Virus record (IMG/VR): IMGVR_UViG_3300050019_000387
From: an uncultured virus (IMG/VR IMGVR_UViG_3300050019_000387)
Lineage: Duplodnaviria > Heunggongvirae > Uroviricota > Caudoviricetes
Direction: 5' to 3' (one strand)
DNA length: 64,000 bases
Part shown: piece after piece, positions 28,264-38,547 of the stretch
How the letters are laid out: the number at the start of each line of letters is the position of its first letter
How positions within the stretch are numbered: the first letter of the stretch is position 1
Translations under genes and position numbers: made by a program
Notes under the pieces: generated by a model
The model's database searches: none
Seen by the model: only the letters and a program-made list of their open reading frames with translations
Told to the model about the DNA's origin: nothing

Positions 28264-30252
28264 TCAGAAGTCGATCTCCTCCGAGGCATCGATCACGCAG
28301 CTCTCGGTGCCGTCCGGCACGGGCCCGACCGTCCCACCGGCTGAGGCGATCGCCACCGGGTGATCAACGGACGCCGCCTCGCCGCTCGACGCATCGGTGC
28401 CGGCTGCCTCCGTTGGGGGCTCGGCGCTCGACCCACTCACGTTGTCTAGCTCGTCCGCGCCTGCCGCTAGAGGGACGTCGAGCGCCAGCTCGCACTCAAG
28501 GGTTGGTGCGGGCTCGTCGCTGGCGTCGGGTCCGTCCTGGTCGAGGGCGGAGGGCGCTTCGACTGGCGGATGTTCAGCCTCGCTGGTGTCTTCCCGTTGT
28601 TTGATGATCCTGCTGCGGTCGGCGTCGTACTCTTCCTTGGCCTTCGCGATTGCCCGCTCAAGCGCCTTGAGCGTCGGGGAAATGTGCGGGCCGGCGAGTT
28701 TCTCCAGAGCCTTGACGGCGGTTTCCTTGTGGGAGTACCAGCGCAGCGGCTGGTGCTGCTGACTTGCTGGCAGCACCAGCCGGGAGGCGTAGTGCTCGGC
28801 AGCGATGACGACGAGTGCACGCCCGTAGAGCTCCCCAGCGGTCCTGGCACCATCGAGGTACTTCCACAACCAGTGCGCCTGCTCGTGGTGGTCGCGCCCG
28901 TCCCCGTAGGCAATGCGCAGAGCACCCGGGCTGCCATCCTGCTTGGTCTTGGTGACGTCCTCGCGGAAGTCGCCGATCACCAGCCGGATGCCGCGCAGCG
29001 CGATCGCCGATACCGGATTGTCGAGGTTGTAGCTGTTGCTCGTGTCGGCTCCGAGCAGGGCGTAAACGAAGAACCGCGCGACCTTGATCTCGGAGGGGTC
29101 GACGACCGCCAGCCCGCCGCGCAGCGAGTCTCCGAGGGCAGGGTTGGCAGCGTGCGCGCTGGCGGCAAAGGTCCGCATCGCGCCGCGGTGCTTGCGCTCG
29201 AGCTCGCTGAGCTCGTCCGGTTGCGGCGGCTGTTGGGTGCCGGCCGGCGCGTCGGGCTGCTCGTCGCTAAGAGCGGCCGTTTCCTGCTCTCGTTCTGAGA
29301 TTCGCTCCCGGAGGGCCTGGACCCCGTGAGTGATCGCCGTGGCGCAGAGCTCCTGGTAGAGGGCGAAGTCCGCTACCAGCGGCGTCTCATCGCCGTACTC
29401 GAGCAGCACGCCGGTAGCCCTGGCACGGTCAACCTCGGCCTCGCCGAAGCGAAACTGCGCCGGGAACGACATGCCGAGGAGCTGGTGATTGAGCTTTGTC
29501 GCCTCGTCGACGAGGGTGAGGGTCTGCTCGTCGAGCTGCAACCAGTCGACTCGCACGGGCACCTCGGTGAGCGGGGCGAGGAACACGTCGTCGCGCTCAC
29601 AGTTCTCGACGGCGCAGACAAGCAGGTCCAACGGGCGGCTTGCGAGATCGTCCGGTTCGAGCTCGTCGGCGTTCTCGAGCACGAAATCGAGCGCTACCTC
29701 GAGCAGCGCGGGGTTCACGTGGGCGATGGCGCGCATTCCCTCGACGGCCGACAGCGTGATCGTCCCGTCACCGACGAGTTGCTGCGCGCGCTCAGGCAAC
29801 TCGAGCAACTTCACGCGCGCGGTGACCCGCCGCTGATCCCAGCTCAAAAGCTCAGCGACACCGGCCACGGTCTTTCCGCGGCTGAGCATCGCGCTGACCG
29901 CCTTGGCCTCCTGGTAGGGGTTCAGGCGCTTCTTCATGATGTTCTCGAGCGCGCGATCGGTGTCTTCTTCCTCGGGATCGCCGTAGAACCCGGGGATCAC
30001 CTCAAGGCCCTCGAGCCGGGCCGCCCTCTCCCGGTGAAAGCCGGCGATCAGGACGTAGTCGAAGGCGTCGCCGTGCACTGAGGGATCAGGGGCGCTGACC
30101 GCGACGGGTTCGAGAACCCTGCCGCGCGCGCGAATTGAGCGACGCAGCGCTTCGACCCACTCATCGTCGATCTCACGGACGTTGGTGTCGGGAACGAACA
30201 GCCGGTCCAAGCGGATTTGCAGCGTGCCGGTGTCCGGTGTGGCTACAGGCAT
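28264..30252 (-). CDS. ParB/Srx-family protein (ParB N-domain + HTH + long C-terminal region)
   Basis: NVRE...LRRSIRARGRVLEPVAV, LIAGFHRERAA, ENIMKKRLNPYQEAKA, HTH; ATG at 30252 with RBS. Confidence 0.88.
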   Translation of the reverse strand: MPVATPDTGTLQIRLDRLFVPDTNVREIDDEWVEALRRSIRARGRVLEPVAVSAPDPSVHGDAFDYVLIAGFHRERAARLEGLEVIPGFYGDPEEEDTDRALENIMKKRLNPYQEAKAVSAMLSRGKTVAGVAELLSWDQRRVTARVKLLELPERAQQLVGDGTITLSAVEGMRAIAHVNPALLEVALDFVLENADELEPDDLASRPLDLLVCAVENCERDDVFLAPLTEVPVRVDWLQLDEQTLTLVDEATKLNHQLLGMSFPAQFRFGEAEVDRARATGVLLEYGDETPLVADFALYQELCATAITHGVQALRERISEREQETAALSDEQPDAPAGTQQPPQPDELSELERKHRGAMRTFAASAHAANPALGDSLRGGLAVVDPSEIKVARFFVYALLGADTSNSYNLDNPVSAIALRGIRLVIGDFREDVTKTKQDGSPGALRIAYGDGRDHHEQAHWLWKYLDGARTAGELYGRALVVIAAEHYASRLVLPASQQHQPLRWYSHKETAVKALEKLAGPHISPTLKALERAIAKAKEEYDADRSRIIKQREDTSEAEHPPVEAPSALDQDGPDASDEPAPTLECELALDVPLAAGADELDNVSGSSAEPPTEAAGTDASSGEAASVDHPVAIASAGGTVGPVPDGTESCVIDASEEIDF

Positions 30253-30379
30253 GTGTGTCCTTTCGTCGGGGGTGAATGTCGCGCGCATCGGCCCCTGGCG
30301 GGGGCCGCGGCGCCTGAGCGCAAGCGCACGCCACACACGGGTGGCGTGCGCGCTGCGCTCGTTGGGTTTTGGATGGGCG

Positions 30380-33300
30380 CTAGGCGGCGAGGTCGAGTGA
30401 GGCGAGCGCGCCATCGGGGTCTGCGGTCGCCTCGTCCGCGTCCGCCGAGCCGGCGGGAGAGGCTGCGAGCTCTTGGGCGTGAGCTTTCTTGGCGAGCTCA
30501 GCCTCGATCGCCGCGAGCTTCGCGCGTGCCTGCTCCAAGGCGTCGGCGTGCTTGAACGGGGCGCCGATCGCGCCTTGGGCGCGCTGGCGCTCCGTCTGAG
30601 CGCCGGCCTTTGCGGCTACGGTCTTCGCACGCAACGTCTCAAGGCCGTTCAGGCGAGCCTCAAGCTGGCGGATGAGCGTCAGTGGTTCGTGCTGCACGAC
30701 ATCGAGCGTGCCGTGCGCGGGGGGGCACGGGAGCCCGTCGAAGCCGGCGAGGACATCGCGGGAACCGCTGAGGCTCCCGGCGCTGACCCGTAGCGAGATA
30801 TCGAGCCCGCCGAGGCGCCCGACCTTTCGGGCTTCCTGCCCACGGTGCAGTTCGCTGATGAGCTCCGCGAGCGCGGTTGCTGCCTGGGCGCGCTTGGTGT
30901 ACCTGCTGCCGTCGACTGTCATCGAGAACTTCTCGCCGCGCGTGTCGGTCGCTCGCGCGATCGCGCCGTCGATCGCGTCGATTTCACGCTCGAGCCGCTC
31001 CAGTCCTGCGGTGAGATGGCTCACGTTGACCTTCAGAGCGGACTGGTTGTTGCGATGCGCGCGCTGCAGGCGCTGCAGCCGGGTGAGGTCAGCGCTCACC
31101 GTTGCCTGCTCAAGGATCAGCGTGTCGCCAGCGGCGAGCGCCTTGACCTCGGCGAAGGACAGCGTGTTGTCGCCGATGTCCTCGATCGAGCGAAGGTCGA
31201 GGCGGCCCTGCATCACCTGACCGATGAACCGCGCCTTGCGCTCAACGGTCTGCCAGGAGTAGGCGTCAAAGCTGCCCTCAACGACGTAGCGGTAGATCCG
31301 CACGCCCGAGTTCTGGTTGCCCTGCCGCAGGATCCGCCCCTCCCGTTGCTGGATGTCGGCGGGCCGCCAGGGGCAGTCGATGTGATGCAGTGCGATCGCC
31401 CGCGCCTGGATGTTGGTCCCGACGCCCATCTTCTCGGTCGAGCCGAGCAGGACAGCCACTTGGCCTGAGCGGCACGCCTCGAAGAGCCGTGCCTTCTCGG
31501 TGTCGTTCTTGGCTTCGTGAGCGAAGCGCACCCGCTCGCCGGGCACGCCGCGCTCGATGAGCAATCGGCGCAGCTCGTGGTAGGCATTCCAGCGCCGCGG
31601 GTTCGGTGTCGACAGATCGCAAAAGACGATCTGCAGCGACCCGAGCGTCGGATGGCGCACGTCGGTTCCGGTGATCCGGTACGCGACGTTGCGGGTGATC
31701 CCGTAGATCCGCGCGATGTTGTCGGCAACAACATCGAGCTTGCACACGCCGTCGACGGGGACTCCTGCGCCGACCAGTCGCATGTCCAACGCGGCCTTGC
31801 GGCCGTCGGTGGAGATCAGGAGCATGTTGTCGTCCTCGGGTGGCACCCCGCCTGCTCTGATCTTCTCGGCCCGCTCAGCGAGCTCGTGCAGGTAGGCGGT
31901 GACCTCCGCCGGGGCAGGGATCACGACGGGTTCGGGGAGCGGCTCGCCGTCGGGGCGAGGCTTGATCGGCGGTGCCGGCAGCTGGAGGTCCTCGGCGGTC
32001 TTGACGTCCGCTGCGAGGTGCCAGACGCGCAGCATCTCCGGCACGTTCTGAAAGCGAGCGAAGCGTGTCTTGAGCCGGTAGGTGCCGCCGGCGGTGACGG
32101 CCATCTCCATTTGGGTGACCGTTTCGCCAAAGGTGGCCGCCCACGCGTCGAAGTGCTCAACGCCCGCGGCCTCGAGCAGGTCGGGGCGCAGGAAGCGGCA
32201 CACGACATGCGCCTCGGTGATGCTGTTGGCGATCGGTGTCGCTGTCGCGAAGGTCGTGACCCGCTCGCCGCGAGCGCGGCGCAGATAGTCGATCTTCATG
32301 TGCAGGTCAGTCGCGCGCTTTGACCCGCCGATCGCCGCGCCCGGGATGTTGCTGATCGTCGCGAGGTTCTTGTAGGCGTGCGCCTCGTCGAGGAACATGT
32401 AGTCGATCGTCGTCTCCTCGAAGGTGAGCCCGACGTCAACGATGCTGTCCAACCGTCGCTCCAGCGTCGCCTCGGCCCGGGCGACCATCCGCTCCAGTTT
32501 CTTGACGGTCAGCTTCGCGCCGCGGTTGCTCTGCTCGTCGAGTTGGGCGCGGACCGCATCGAGCTCGCGCTGGAGGTAGATGCGCTGAACGGGGGCGCTG
32601 ACACCCAACCGCTCGAACGCGCTGCGCGTCATGATGATCCCGTCCCAGTCGTTGGCGACGGCTCGGGCGATGAACCTGCGGCGGTTGTCTTTCGCCAAAT
32701 CGTCCGTGCTTGCGGCGAGCACCCTGGCGAGCGGGTACAGCTGAAGCCACTCGCGCGCGAACTGCTCGAGCATGTGGTTGGGGACAACCACCACCGGCTT
32801 GTTCACCAGGCCCAGCCGGCGCATCTCGTGGGCGGCGATGACCATCGCCGCCGTCTTGCCGGCGCCAACTTCGTGAAAGAGCCCGACCGCCGGCTCGCTG
32901 ATGATGCGCGCCACGGCCGTACGCTGGTGGGCGCTTGGGAGAAACGACTCCGTCAGCCCGGGCAGGGTCAGCGCCTCGCCGAGCACGGAGTAGTCGCGCA
33001 ACACGAGGCTGTTGAAGCGAGTGTTGTACTCCGCGAGCAGCGCGCTGGCGCGCTCGGGGTCCTCCCAGCACCACTCGCCAAAGCGCTGCTGCATCGCTGC
33101 TGCCTTCTCCTGGGCGGCCGCGGTCTCGTCGGGGTTGACGATGTAGCGGTCGTCAGGGAGGCGATCCTTCACGACGATCGGCTTCTGCTGCAGCAGCGCC
33201 GACGCGATCTCGGGGGCGGGCATCCGCTGTGTCCCCCACTCCGAGAGCACGAGGGTGCCGTAGTTGCGTGCCTGCACGGCCCAGACGTTGCCGCCGCCGT

Positions 33301-35395
33301 ACTCGACGATGGCGTTGGGGTCCTCCAGCAGTTCGGAGAGGAACTGCTGATGAACGGTGTCCGAGATCCAGACTGCACCCATTTTTGCGTCCACCTCGTC
33401 CGCGCCGAGCGGGAGCGGGAGGACCGCCTCGAGGGCCGCGGCGTTGACGTCGAAGCGCGGGGGGTCGACGGCCGCGGCCTGGCGCGCGCGGGCGAGCTTG
33501 ATGGCGACGTTGCCCGACAGGTACTCGGCGGCCGCGACGAGTTCCTCGGTGTCAGGGTCTTCGTAAACGAGCTCGGCGAGCTCGCAGCGGGCGTCCTCGG
33601 CGGTGAGCCCGAGCAGCCGCGCGACGGTGTCTACATCGACCCGTCCGAGCTGGTCGTAGCAGACGGCCAGCGCATCCTCGGGGGTCGTCACCGACCTGAC
33701 CGCCGGGCGATCGCGCAGGACACGCCGGCGCAGAAGGTCCGCCTCCGCGGCGGTCTGGGTGTCGTCATCGAAGACCTCGATGCTGAGCACCAGCGGTCCG
33801 AGCGGGTCGCGCATCAGCAGGCGCACCGTGCGGGGATAGCTCCGGCGGACGATCGGCTCGCCTGTGTCGGGGTCGATCCGGCCGGTGGGATGTGTCGTGT
33901 AGCGGTTGATGGGGCCGTGGGTGCGCCGGTAACGCTCATAGCTCTCGCGCAGTTGCGCCCGCAGCTGGTCGAGGTGTGCAGGATCGGCGACGTGCGCTGC
34001 TTCCTCGGACAACAGGGCGCTGGCCTGATCGCGGAGCGTCAACAGCACGCGCATCTCGCGCGCAGCGCTCTTGGGGACAGCGAGCGGCCCCGCGCTACCG
34101 TCGATCACCTCGGCGAACCCCCCGCCTGTGAGCGCGAGGATGTGCCCATCCCACTGCTCGCAGACGTCCACGACGACCGGATCGCTCACGGCCCCCGACT
34201 CGGGCGCTGTGCCTTGGCTGTCCACGGGCGGCCTCGCAGCGTCGTGAAGATCGGGCGTGGCGTGCTCGGGCGGCACGTTCTCCTCTGCGAGGGCCGTGAT
34301 CGCGGCGTAGAGCGCCTCGGGTGAGCTGTCGCCGGCGACGTCGAGGTCTGGGCCGTAGGCGCTGGATGTCACGGCGAGCGCTCCCGCGATGTGCTCGGGA
34401 TGCTCGACGAAGTAGCGGTTGATCGGCAGCTCCTCACCATCGATCACCGTTGCGGCAGTGTCGGCCCAGGACGCCGAAGCTGGTGGCTGGTCAATGGCGC
34501 GGCGGCGCAGGACAACGAGATCGGTGATCACGTCGGTGCCGGCAACGCGGCGGTGGGCCCGGCTTGGCAGGCGCACGGCGGCGATGAGGTCGGCCATCGC
34601 CTGCATCTCCCGCCGCGCCTCGGTGCGCTGCGAGTCCAGCGTGTAGCGGCTGGTGAGCGCCACGAGCAGTCCGCCTGGTGCGAGGAGCGCGAGGCTCTTG
34701 AGGAGGAAGTGGTTGTGGATCGAGTGGCGGCCCTTGTTGTGGACGGGGTCGTAGAGCGCGAAGTCGCCGAAGGGGACGTTGCCGATCACCAGGTCGAAGC
34801 TCCCATGCGGCAGGGTGACGTCGGCGAATGAGGCGGTGTGGATGGTCGCGTTGGGGTGAAGCGTCCGTGCGACGGCGGTGGTGGTTGGGTCAAGCTCGAC
34901 GCCGACGACACTCACGTTCTCTGGCGCTCGGGCGATGAACACTCCGGCACCGCAGCCCGGCTCGAGCACGCGCCCGCCGGGGAACGACAGTCGCCGTGCG
35001 AGCTCCCACATTGCGTCGGCGATCAGCGGGTGGGTGTAGTGCGCGTTGAGTGTCGAGCGTCGCGCCGCGGCGTAGCCTTCCTCGTCGAGCAGTGCGAGCA
35101 GTTGCTCGCGCTGTGGTGTGTAACGGGCGTCGTTGTTGTCGAAGACCTCGGGGACCGCTCCCCAGCCCGCCCAGCGCGACAGCACCGCGCGCTCCTGCGC
35201 GCTCGCCGCGCGGTCCTCGCGGTCCATCTCCTCGAGCAGGCCAATGACCTTGAGGTTGTGCTTGACGCGTGCGGCGGGTGAGGCGGGCGGCAGCGGGGGT
35301 TCGCTGCCGTTCACCTCCATCGGCGAACGTGTTGGTCGTGGTGGGCTCGGGGCGACGGAGTCGCCGACGAGCGAGAACAGGCTCTGTTGAGGCAA
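30380..35395 (-). CDS. Large N6-methyltransferase + SNF2-family helicase fusion (N12-class/DarB-like)
   Basis: WAGWG, NAHYT, LEPGCGAG, IGNVPF; HEVGAGKT, DEAHAYKN, TATPIANS, QIVFCD, GVGTNIQ, WRPADIQQREGRILRQGN; TTG at 35395 follows AAAGGAG. Confidence 0.92.
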   Translation of the reverse strand: MPQQSLFSLVGDSVAPSPPRPTRSPMEVNGSEPPLPPASPAARVKHNLKVIGLLEEMDREDRAASAQERAVLSRWAGWGAVPEVFDNNDARYTPQREQLLALLDEEGYAAARRSTLNAHYTHPLIADAMWELARRLSFPGGRVLEPGCGAGVFIARAPENVSVVGVELDPTTTAVARTLHPNATIHTASFADVTLPHGSFDLVIGNVPFGDFALYDPVHNKGRHSIHNHFLLKSLALLAPGGLLVALTSRYTLDSQRTEARREMQAMADLIAAVRLPSRAHRRVAGTDVITDLVVLRRRAIDQPPASASWADTAATVIDGEELPINRYFVEHPEHIAGALAVTSSAYGPDLDVAGDSSPEALYAAITALAEENVPPEHATPDLHDAARPPVDSQGTAPESGAVSDPVVVDVCEQWDGHILALTGGGFAEVIDGSAGPLAVPKSAAREMRVLLTLRDQASALLSEEAAHVADPAHLDQLRAQLRESYERYRRTHGPINRYTTHPTGRIDPDTGEPIVRRSYPRTVRLLMRDPLGPLVLSIEVFDDDTQTAAEADLLRRRVLRDRPAVRSVTTPEDALAVCYDQLGRVDVDTVARLLGLTAEDARCELAELVYEDPDTEELVAAAEYLSGNVAIKLARARQAAAVDPPRFDVNAAALEAVLPLPLGADEVDAKMGAVWISDTVHQQFLSELLEDPNAIVEYGGGNVWAVQARNYGTLVLSEWGTQRMPAPEIASALLQQKPIVVKDRLPDDRYIVNPDETAAAQEKAAAMQQRFGEWCWEDPERASALLAEYNTRFNSLVLRDYSVLGEALTLPGLTESFLPSAHQRTAVARIISEPAVGLFHEVGAGKTAAMVIAAHEMRRLGLVNKPVVVVPNHMLEQFAREWLQLYPLARVLAASTDDLAKDNRRRFIARAVANDWDGIIMTRSAFERLGVSAPVQRIYLQRELDAVRAQLDEQSNRGAKLTVKKLERMVARAEATLERRLDSIVDVGLTFEETTIDYMFLDEAHAYKNLATISNIPGAAIGGSKRATDLHMKIDYLRRARGERVTTFATATPIANSITEAHVVCRFLRPDLLEAAGVEHFDAWAATFGETVTQMEMAVTAGGTYRLKTRFARFQNVPEMLRVWHLAADVKTAEDLQLPAPPIKPRPDGEPLPEPVVIPAPAEVTAYLHELAERAEKIRAGGVPPEDDNMLLISTDGRKAALDMRLVGAGVPVDGVCKLDVVADNIARIYGITRNVAYRITGTDVRHPTLGSLQIVFCDLSTPNPRRWNAYHELRRLLIERGVPGERVRFAHEAKNDTEKARLFEACRSGQVAVLLGSTEKMGVGTNIQARAIALHHIDCPWRPADIQQREGRILRQGNQNSGVRIYRYVVEGSFDAYSWQTVERKARFIGQVMQGRLDLRSIEDIGDNTLSFAEVKALAAGDTLILEQATVSADLTRLQRLQRAHRNNQSALKVNVSHLTAGLERLEREIDAIDGAIARATDTRGEKFSMTVDGSRYTKRAQAATALAELISELHRGQEARKVGRLGGLDISLRVSAGSLSGSRDVLAGFDGLPCPPAHGTLDVVQHEPLTLIRQLEARLNGLETLRAKTVAAKAGAQTERQRAQGAIGAPFKHADALEQARAKLAAIEAELAKKAHAQELAASPAGSADADEATADPDGALASLDLAA

Positions 35396-36177
35396 GTGTG
35401 GCTCCTTTGTGACGTAGGCCAAAGACCCGCGCGCGAGGGATGACCGGGGTCACCTCCGAGGCGTGCGCTGGGTCGGGCCCGTGCCCGCCGGGGGGCGGCA
35501 CGCGCCGGTGCTGCGGGAAGCCGCGGGCGCGGCTTAGGTGTGGGCGGGGTGCAGGGAGCGTTATGCGGACATCGGCATAACGAGCGCCAGATGAGTACGG
35601 GGCGCGTGTGGTTCATCGGGCGGCGTGAGCGCTGGTGGCGGTCGGTGCTTTCGATGAGTCCTTGTGACCGCGCGCGCGTGAACGCGTTCCCGACGAGCCG
35701 CGACTCGCGCGGCGGATGCTCCATGTGCTCCCACAGGTCGTCGGAGGTGATCTCCGCCTGGTGCTCGGCGAGCCAGGCGATCTTCTCTACGGCGGCCTGC
35801 AGCCAGATCCGGTCGGCGTCGCGCGCGGCGCGCGTGACCTCCTTGGGATCGACGTACGCGCTCGCGCGCCCGGCAGGGATCGTCAGCGCCTCGCACACAA
35901 GCCCGGTCGGGGTACGCCAGACTTCTTCGCTGTCCAGCTCGGCGAGCAGCGCTCCGTCAGGGGCGAGTAGCTGGCGGCCTGCGAGCGCGACGAGTGTTTG
36001 GTTGATGGCGCCGGGCTCGGCTTCGACGATCGTGGACGCCGGGGCGGCGCCGGCGGCGGGCTCAGCGATCCCCGGGAACGCAGCCGCCGCGGGTGCGGGT
36101 GGCGCGGGTGCGGGTGGCGCGGGCCTCGGCGCAAGCGCCGCTGGCGTCAGGGCGTTGGTCCTGCTCGCGGCGGTCAT
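35311..36177 (-). CDS. Putative winged-helix protein, paralog of 45843-46334; 3' end doubtful (homology ends near 35580)
   Basis: ITSDDLWEHMEHPPRE...GLIEST...PVLIWRSL; ATGA coupling; the tail is low-complexity and overlaps the next gene. Confidence 0.65.
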   Translation of the reverse strand: MTAASRTNALTPAALAPRPAPPAPAPPAPAAAAFPGIAEPAAGAAPASTIVEAEPGAINQTLVALAGRQLLAPDGALLAELDSEEVWRTPTGLVCEALTIPAGRASAYVDPKEVTRAARDADRIWLQAAVEKIAWLAEHQAEITSDDLWEHMEHPPRESRLVGNAFTRARSQGLIESTDRHQRSRRPMNHTRPVLIWRSLCRCPHNAPCTPPTPKPRPRLPAAPARAAPRRARARPSARLGGDPGHPSRAGLWPTSQRSHTCLNRACSRSSATPSPRAHHDQHVRRWR

Positions 36178-36992
36178 GCCGCGCGCCTCGCGAGGTGCGC
36201 CACGCGGGGTCGGGCGCGCCGCTCGGCGAGCTCGTCGCGTTCACGGCGCCGACGGGCGAGAACCTCCTTGAGGTTCGGCGGCCGGTGGCCTGTGAGAAAG
36301 TACGCCCACAGGCCGTCGGGGTGGCTCCCGGTCCGCGAGCCGTTCTGCCAGGTGCCGCCGCCGCCCCACGGCTTGCAGTCGCGGAGGCGGACCCATCCGT
36401 CGGTGCGGTAGATGTGCCCTTGCGAGCCGGGAAGCTGGTAGGCGACGAGCGCGATCTTGGTGGTGTCGGGGTAGTACGGCCAGTACGCGGTGGCGAGGAA
36501 CTCGCGCCAGAGGCGCAACATCACGCGCAGTGACCCGGCGGCAGCGGGATCGTCGGAGCGGCAAAGGCGGGTGAGCTCGATGACGTTGTGACGGTGAAGG
36601 CCGAGCTCTTGGTCGACACTTGCTGAAACGGTGCTGCCGGCGGTCGCAAGCGCGATCGGTTCGCCTTTGACGAACAGCGCGAACGCGTGGTAACCGAACG
36701 GGCGCGTCTCGGCACCAAGCGGGCTCCAGAGGTCACACAGCGGGTTGGATCCGCGGCGGGTGAGCCGGCGGATCTCGATCGCCGGTGGCGCGCCGGCGCG
36801 AGCGCGACGCTCGCTCGCCGCCCACAAGTTCGGCTCGGGCCAGAGCACGCCGGGGATCTGTGTCTGCGCGCCGTTGGGGAGCGTGACATTGATCGTCGGG
36901 TTCGTAATTGCCTTCAGCGGCGGGATCGCGTTGAGGTCAACGGCCGGTGGTGGCGCGCCGGTTCTCGGCGCGAGCAGGGTGAGTGTGCCCAT
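36174..36992 (-). CDS. Mom/XF1762-like GNAT-fold putative DNA-modifying protein
   Basis: IELTRLC...LVAYQLPGSQGHIYRTDGW matches the ELxRL...Y...GxxYxAxGW pattern. Confidence 0.6.
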   Translation of the reverse strand: MGTLTLLAPRTGAPPPAVDLNAIPPLKAITNPTINVTLPNGAQTQIPGVLWPEPNLWAASERRARAGAPPAIEIRRLTRRGSNPLCDLWSPLGAETRPFGYHAFALFVKGEPIALATAGSTVSASVDQELGLHRHNVIELTRLCRSDDPAAAGSLRVMLRLWREFLATAYWPYYPDTTKIALVAYQLPGSQGHIYRTDGWVRLRDCKPWGGGGTWQNGSRTGSHPDGLWAYFLTGHRPPNLKEVLARRRRERDELAERRARPRVAHLARRAA

Positions 36993-37153
36993 GAAAAGGC
37001 TCCCTTTCGGTTGAGATGAGCGCAGCGCGAAGCGCCCGCCCGACGGGGCGGGGGCGCTGCGGCTTGGATGCAGTCCCGGCCGGGCGGCCCGGGACTGGCG
37101 GGAGGCGTGAGCGGCGGTTCAGCCACAGCCGCGTCGCGCGATGCGGCCTTCGG

Positions 37154-37809
37154 TTAAAGACTGTGGTCTGCGAGGAGCGCTGCGAGCGTTGGGCCGGGGC
37201 CCGCGATGCGTCCGGGGTTGACCGAGTGGACGTAGGGCAGCTCTTCCAACCGCTCGCAGCAAGCGTCCTTGAGCGCCTCGGGAGGGTCGAATGGGCACGC
37301 GCCCCAGGCGGGCAGGTCGGGCATGGTGATGTCGGGCTCGTTGAGGTCGACCTGGCGGACCTCAACGCCGCCGCACAGCGGGGTCCGACCGGCGAGCGGG
37401 GCGAAGGCGTGCGCGGCGATCCCCTCGCGGGTCATCGCGCGCTCGCCGACCGCCTTGGCGTAGCGGGCGAGCGCCCCGCCGCGCCTGCTGGTTCTGGTCG
37501 CGGCCTGGACACGTTGGAGCTCGCGCTGGATCAGCACGAGCGCACCGGCACACTCGCGCGTGCGCTCACGAGTAGCGGTCTTCTCGTAGCCGGCGAACTC
37601 GGCCATCTCGGGGTCGGTCGGGTGGCAGGCCATGCGCTCGCCGTCGCGCAGCCCGTCCCAGAGGCGGCGCAGGTTCTCGAGGCTGTAGAAGCCGTGGCGA
37701 TCGCGGCGGGTTGATTTCGGGTGCGCCACGGGCACTGCGCGCACGGGCGCGGTGCGGCGGTGACGATCGCGCGCCTGGTGGTGCGTGGCGCACTGTCGGT
37801 GTTGGCCAT
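37154..37809 (-). pseudogene. Cys/His metal-binding protein (PCxxCPWR...ACH...CAG; DUF6283-like), frameshift near 37708-37711
   Basis: MANTDS...PCAQCPWRTRNQ then RRDRHGFYSLENLRRLW...MACHPTD...ECAGAL in the other frame; RBS AAAGGAGG. Confidence 0.65.
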
Positions 37810-37872
37810 CAGTGGCCTCCTTTCGATATCGCGAACGCGGCGGACGCGTTGCGTCGGGGCGCGGCCCCCGGG

Positions 37873-38547
37873 CTACGGGACGAGGCGGCGTGTGCCGTGC
37901 TCGCTGAGTTCGGGGTGGTGGTAGACGACGGTCACGCTGTAGAGACCGTCGCTTTCGCATACCGCGGCGAGCACGACGACATCCCAGTCACCGCCGGCGG
38001 GAAGCGTGTCGACGATCATCTGCCGCGCGACGCTCCCGGCCTGCTCGGGGTTTTGGGATGCGATCCCGCCGACCTCGAGGCGACTCGACGGTCGGCGGAC
38101 ATACTCGGCGGCGGGGAAGGTGCGCCGCAGCTCCGTCCACGCGGTGCCGGTGACCTCGTCACGGTCGATGCGCCGGTCGCCCTGGACCAGGCCGCAGAGC
38201 ATCCGGTAGCCCTCCTCGGTGAGCGTCACCTGAACGTCGCCCGGAAGCTCGGGGTCACGCAGCGCGCGGTCGGTGCCGATGCGAATGAGCGGCATGAACG
38301 GCTCGTCGCTGCCGGGTTCGCGGACACGGTGGGCGAGCCCGTCGGCGCGAAGTGCGTGCACGGCGGCGGTGTCGAGCGGGTGAAACGGGTCGGGTTCCCA
38401 GACAACGGTGTCCGTCTCGCCGTGACGCTCCCCGGGGTAGGGGGGCGTGACGGGCTCGCCGGCGAGGAGCGCTTCAAGGTCGTCCTCGCCAGCGTGGACG
38501 GTCGGTGCCGGGCATGGCTCGGCGAGGTGTGGTGCGTGATCTGTCAT
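37873..38547 (-). CDS. Hypothetical protein
   Basis: 224 aa, GAAAGGA RBS, ATGA coupling. Confidence 0.7.
   Translation of the reverse strand: MTDHAPHLAEPCPAPTVHAGEDDLEALLAGEPVTPPYPGERHGETDTVVWEPDPFHPLDTAAVHALRADGLAHRVREPGSDEPFMPLIRIGTDRALRDPELPGDVQVTLTEEGYRMLCGLVQGDRRIDRDEVTGTAWTELRRTFPAAEYVRRPSSRLEVGGIASQNPEQAGSVARQMIVDTLPAGGDWDVVVLAAVCESDGLYSVTVVYHHPELSEHGTRRLVP

Noticed and set aside
36088..36123. GCGGGTGCGGGTGGC repeats
   Set aside because: They simply encode a Pro/Ala linker (PAPPAPAPPAP)
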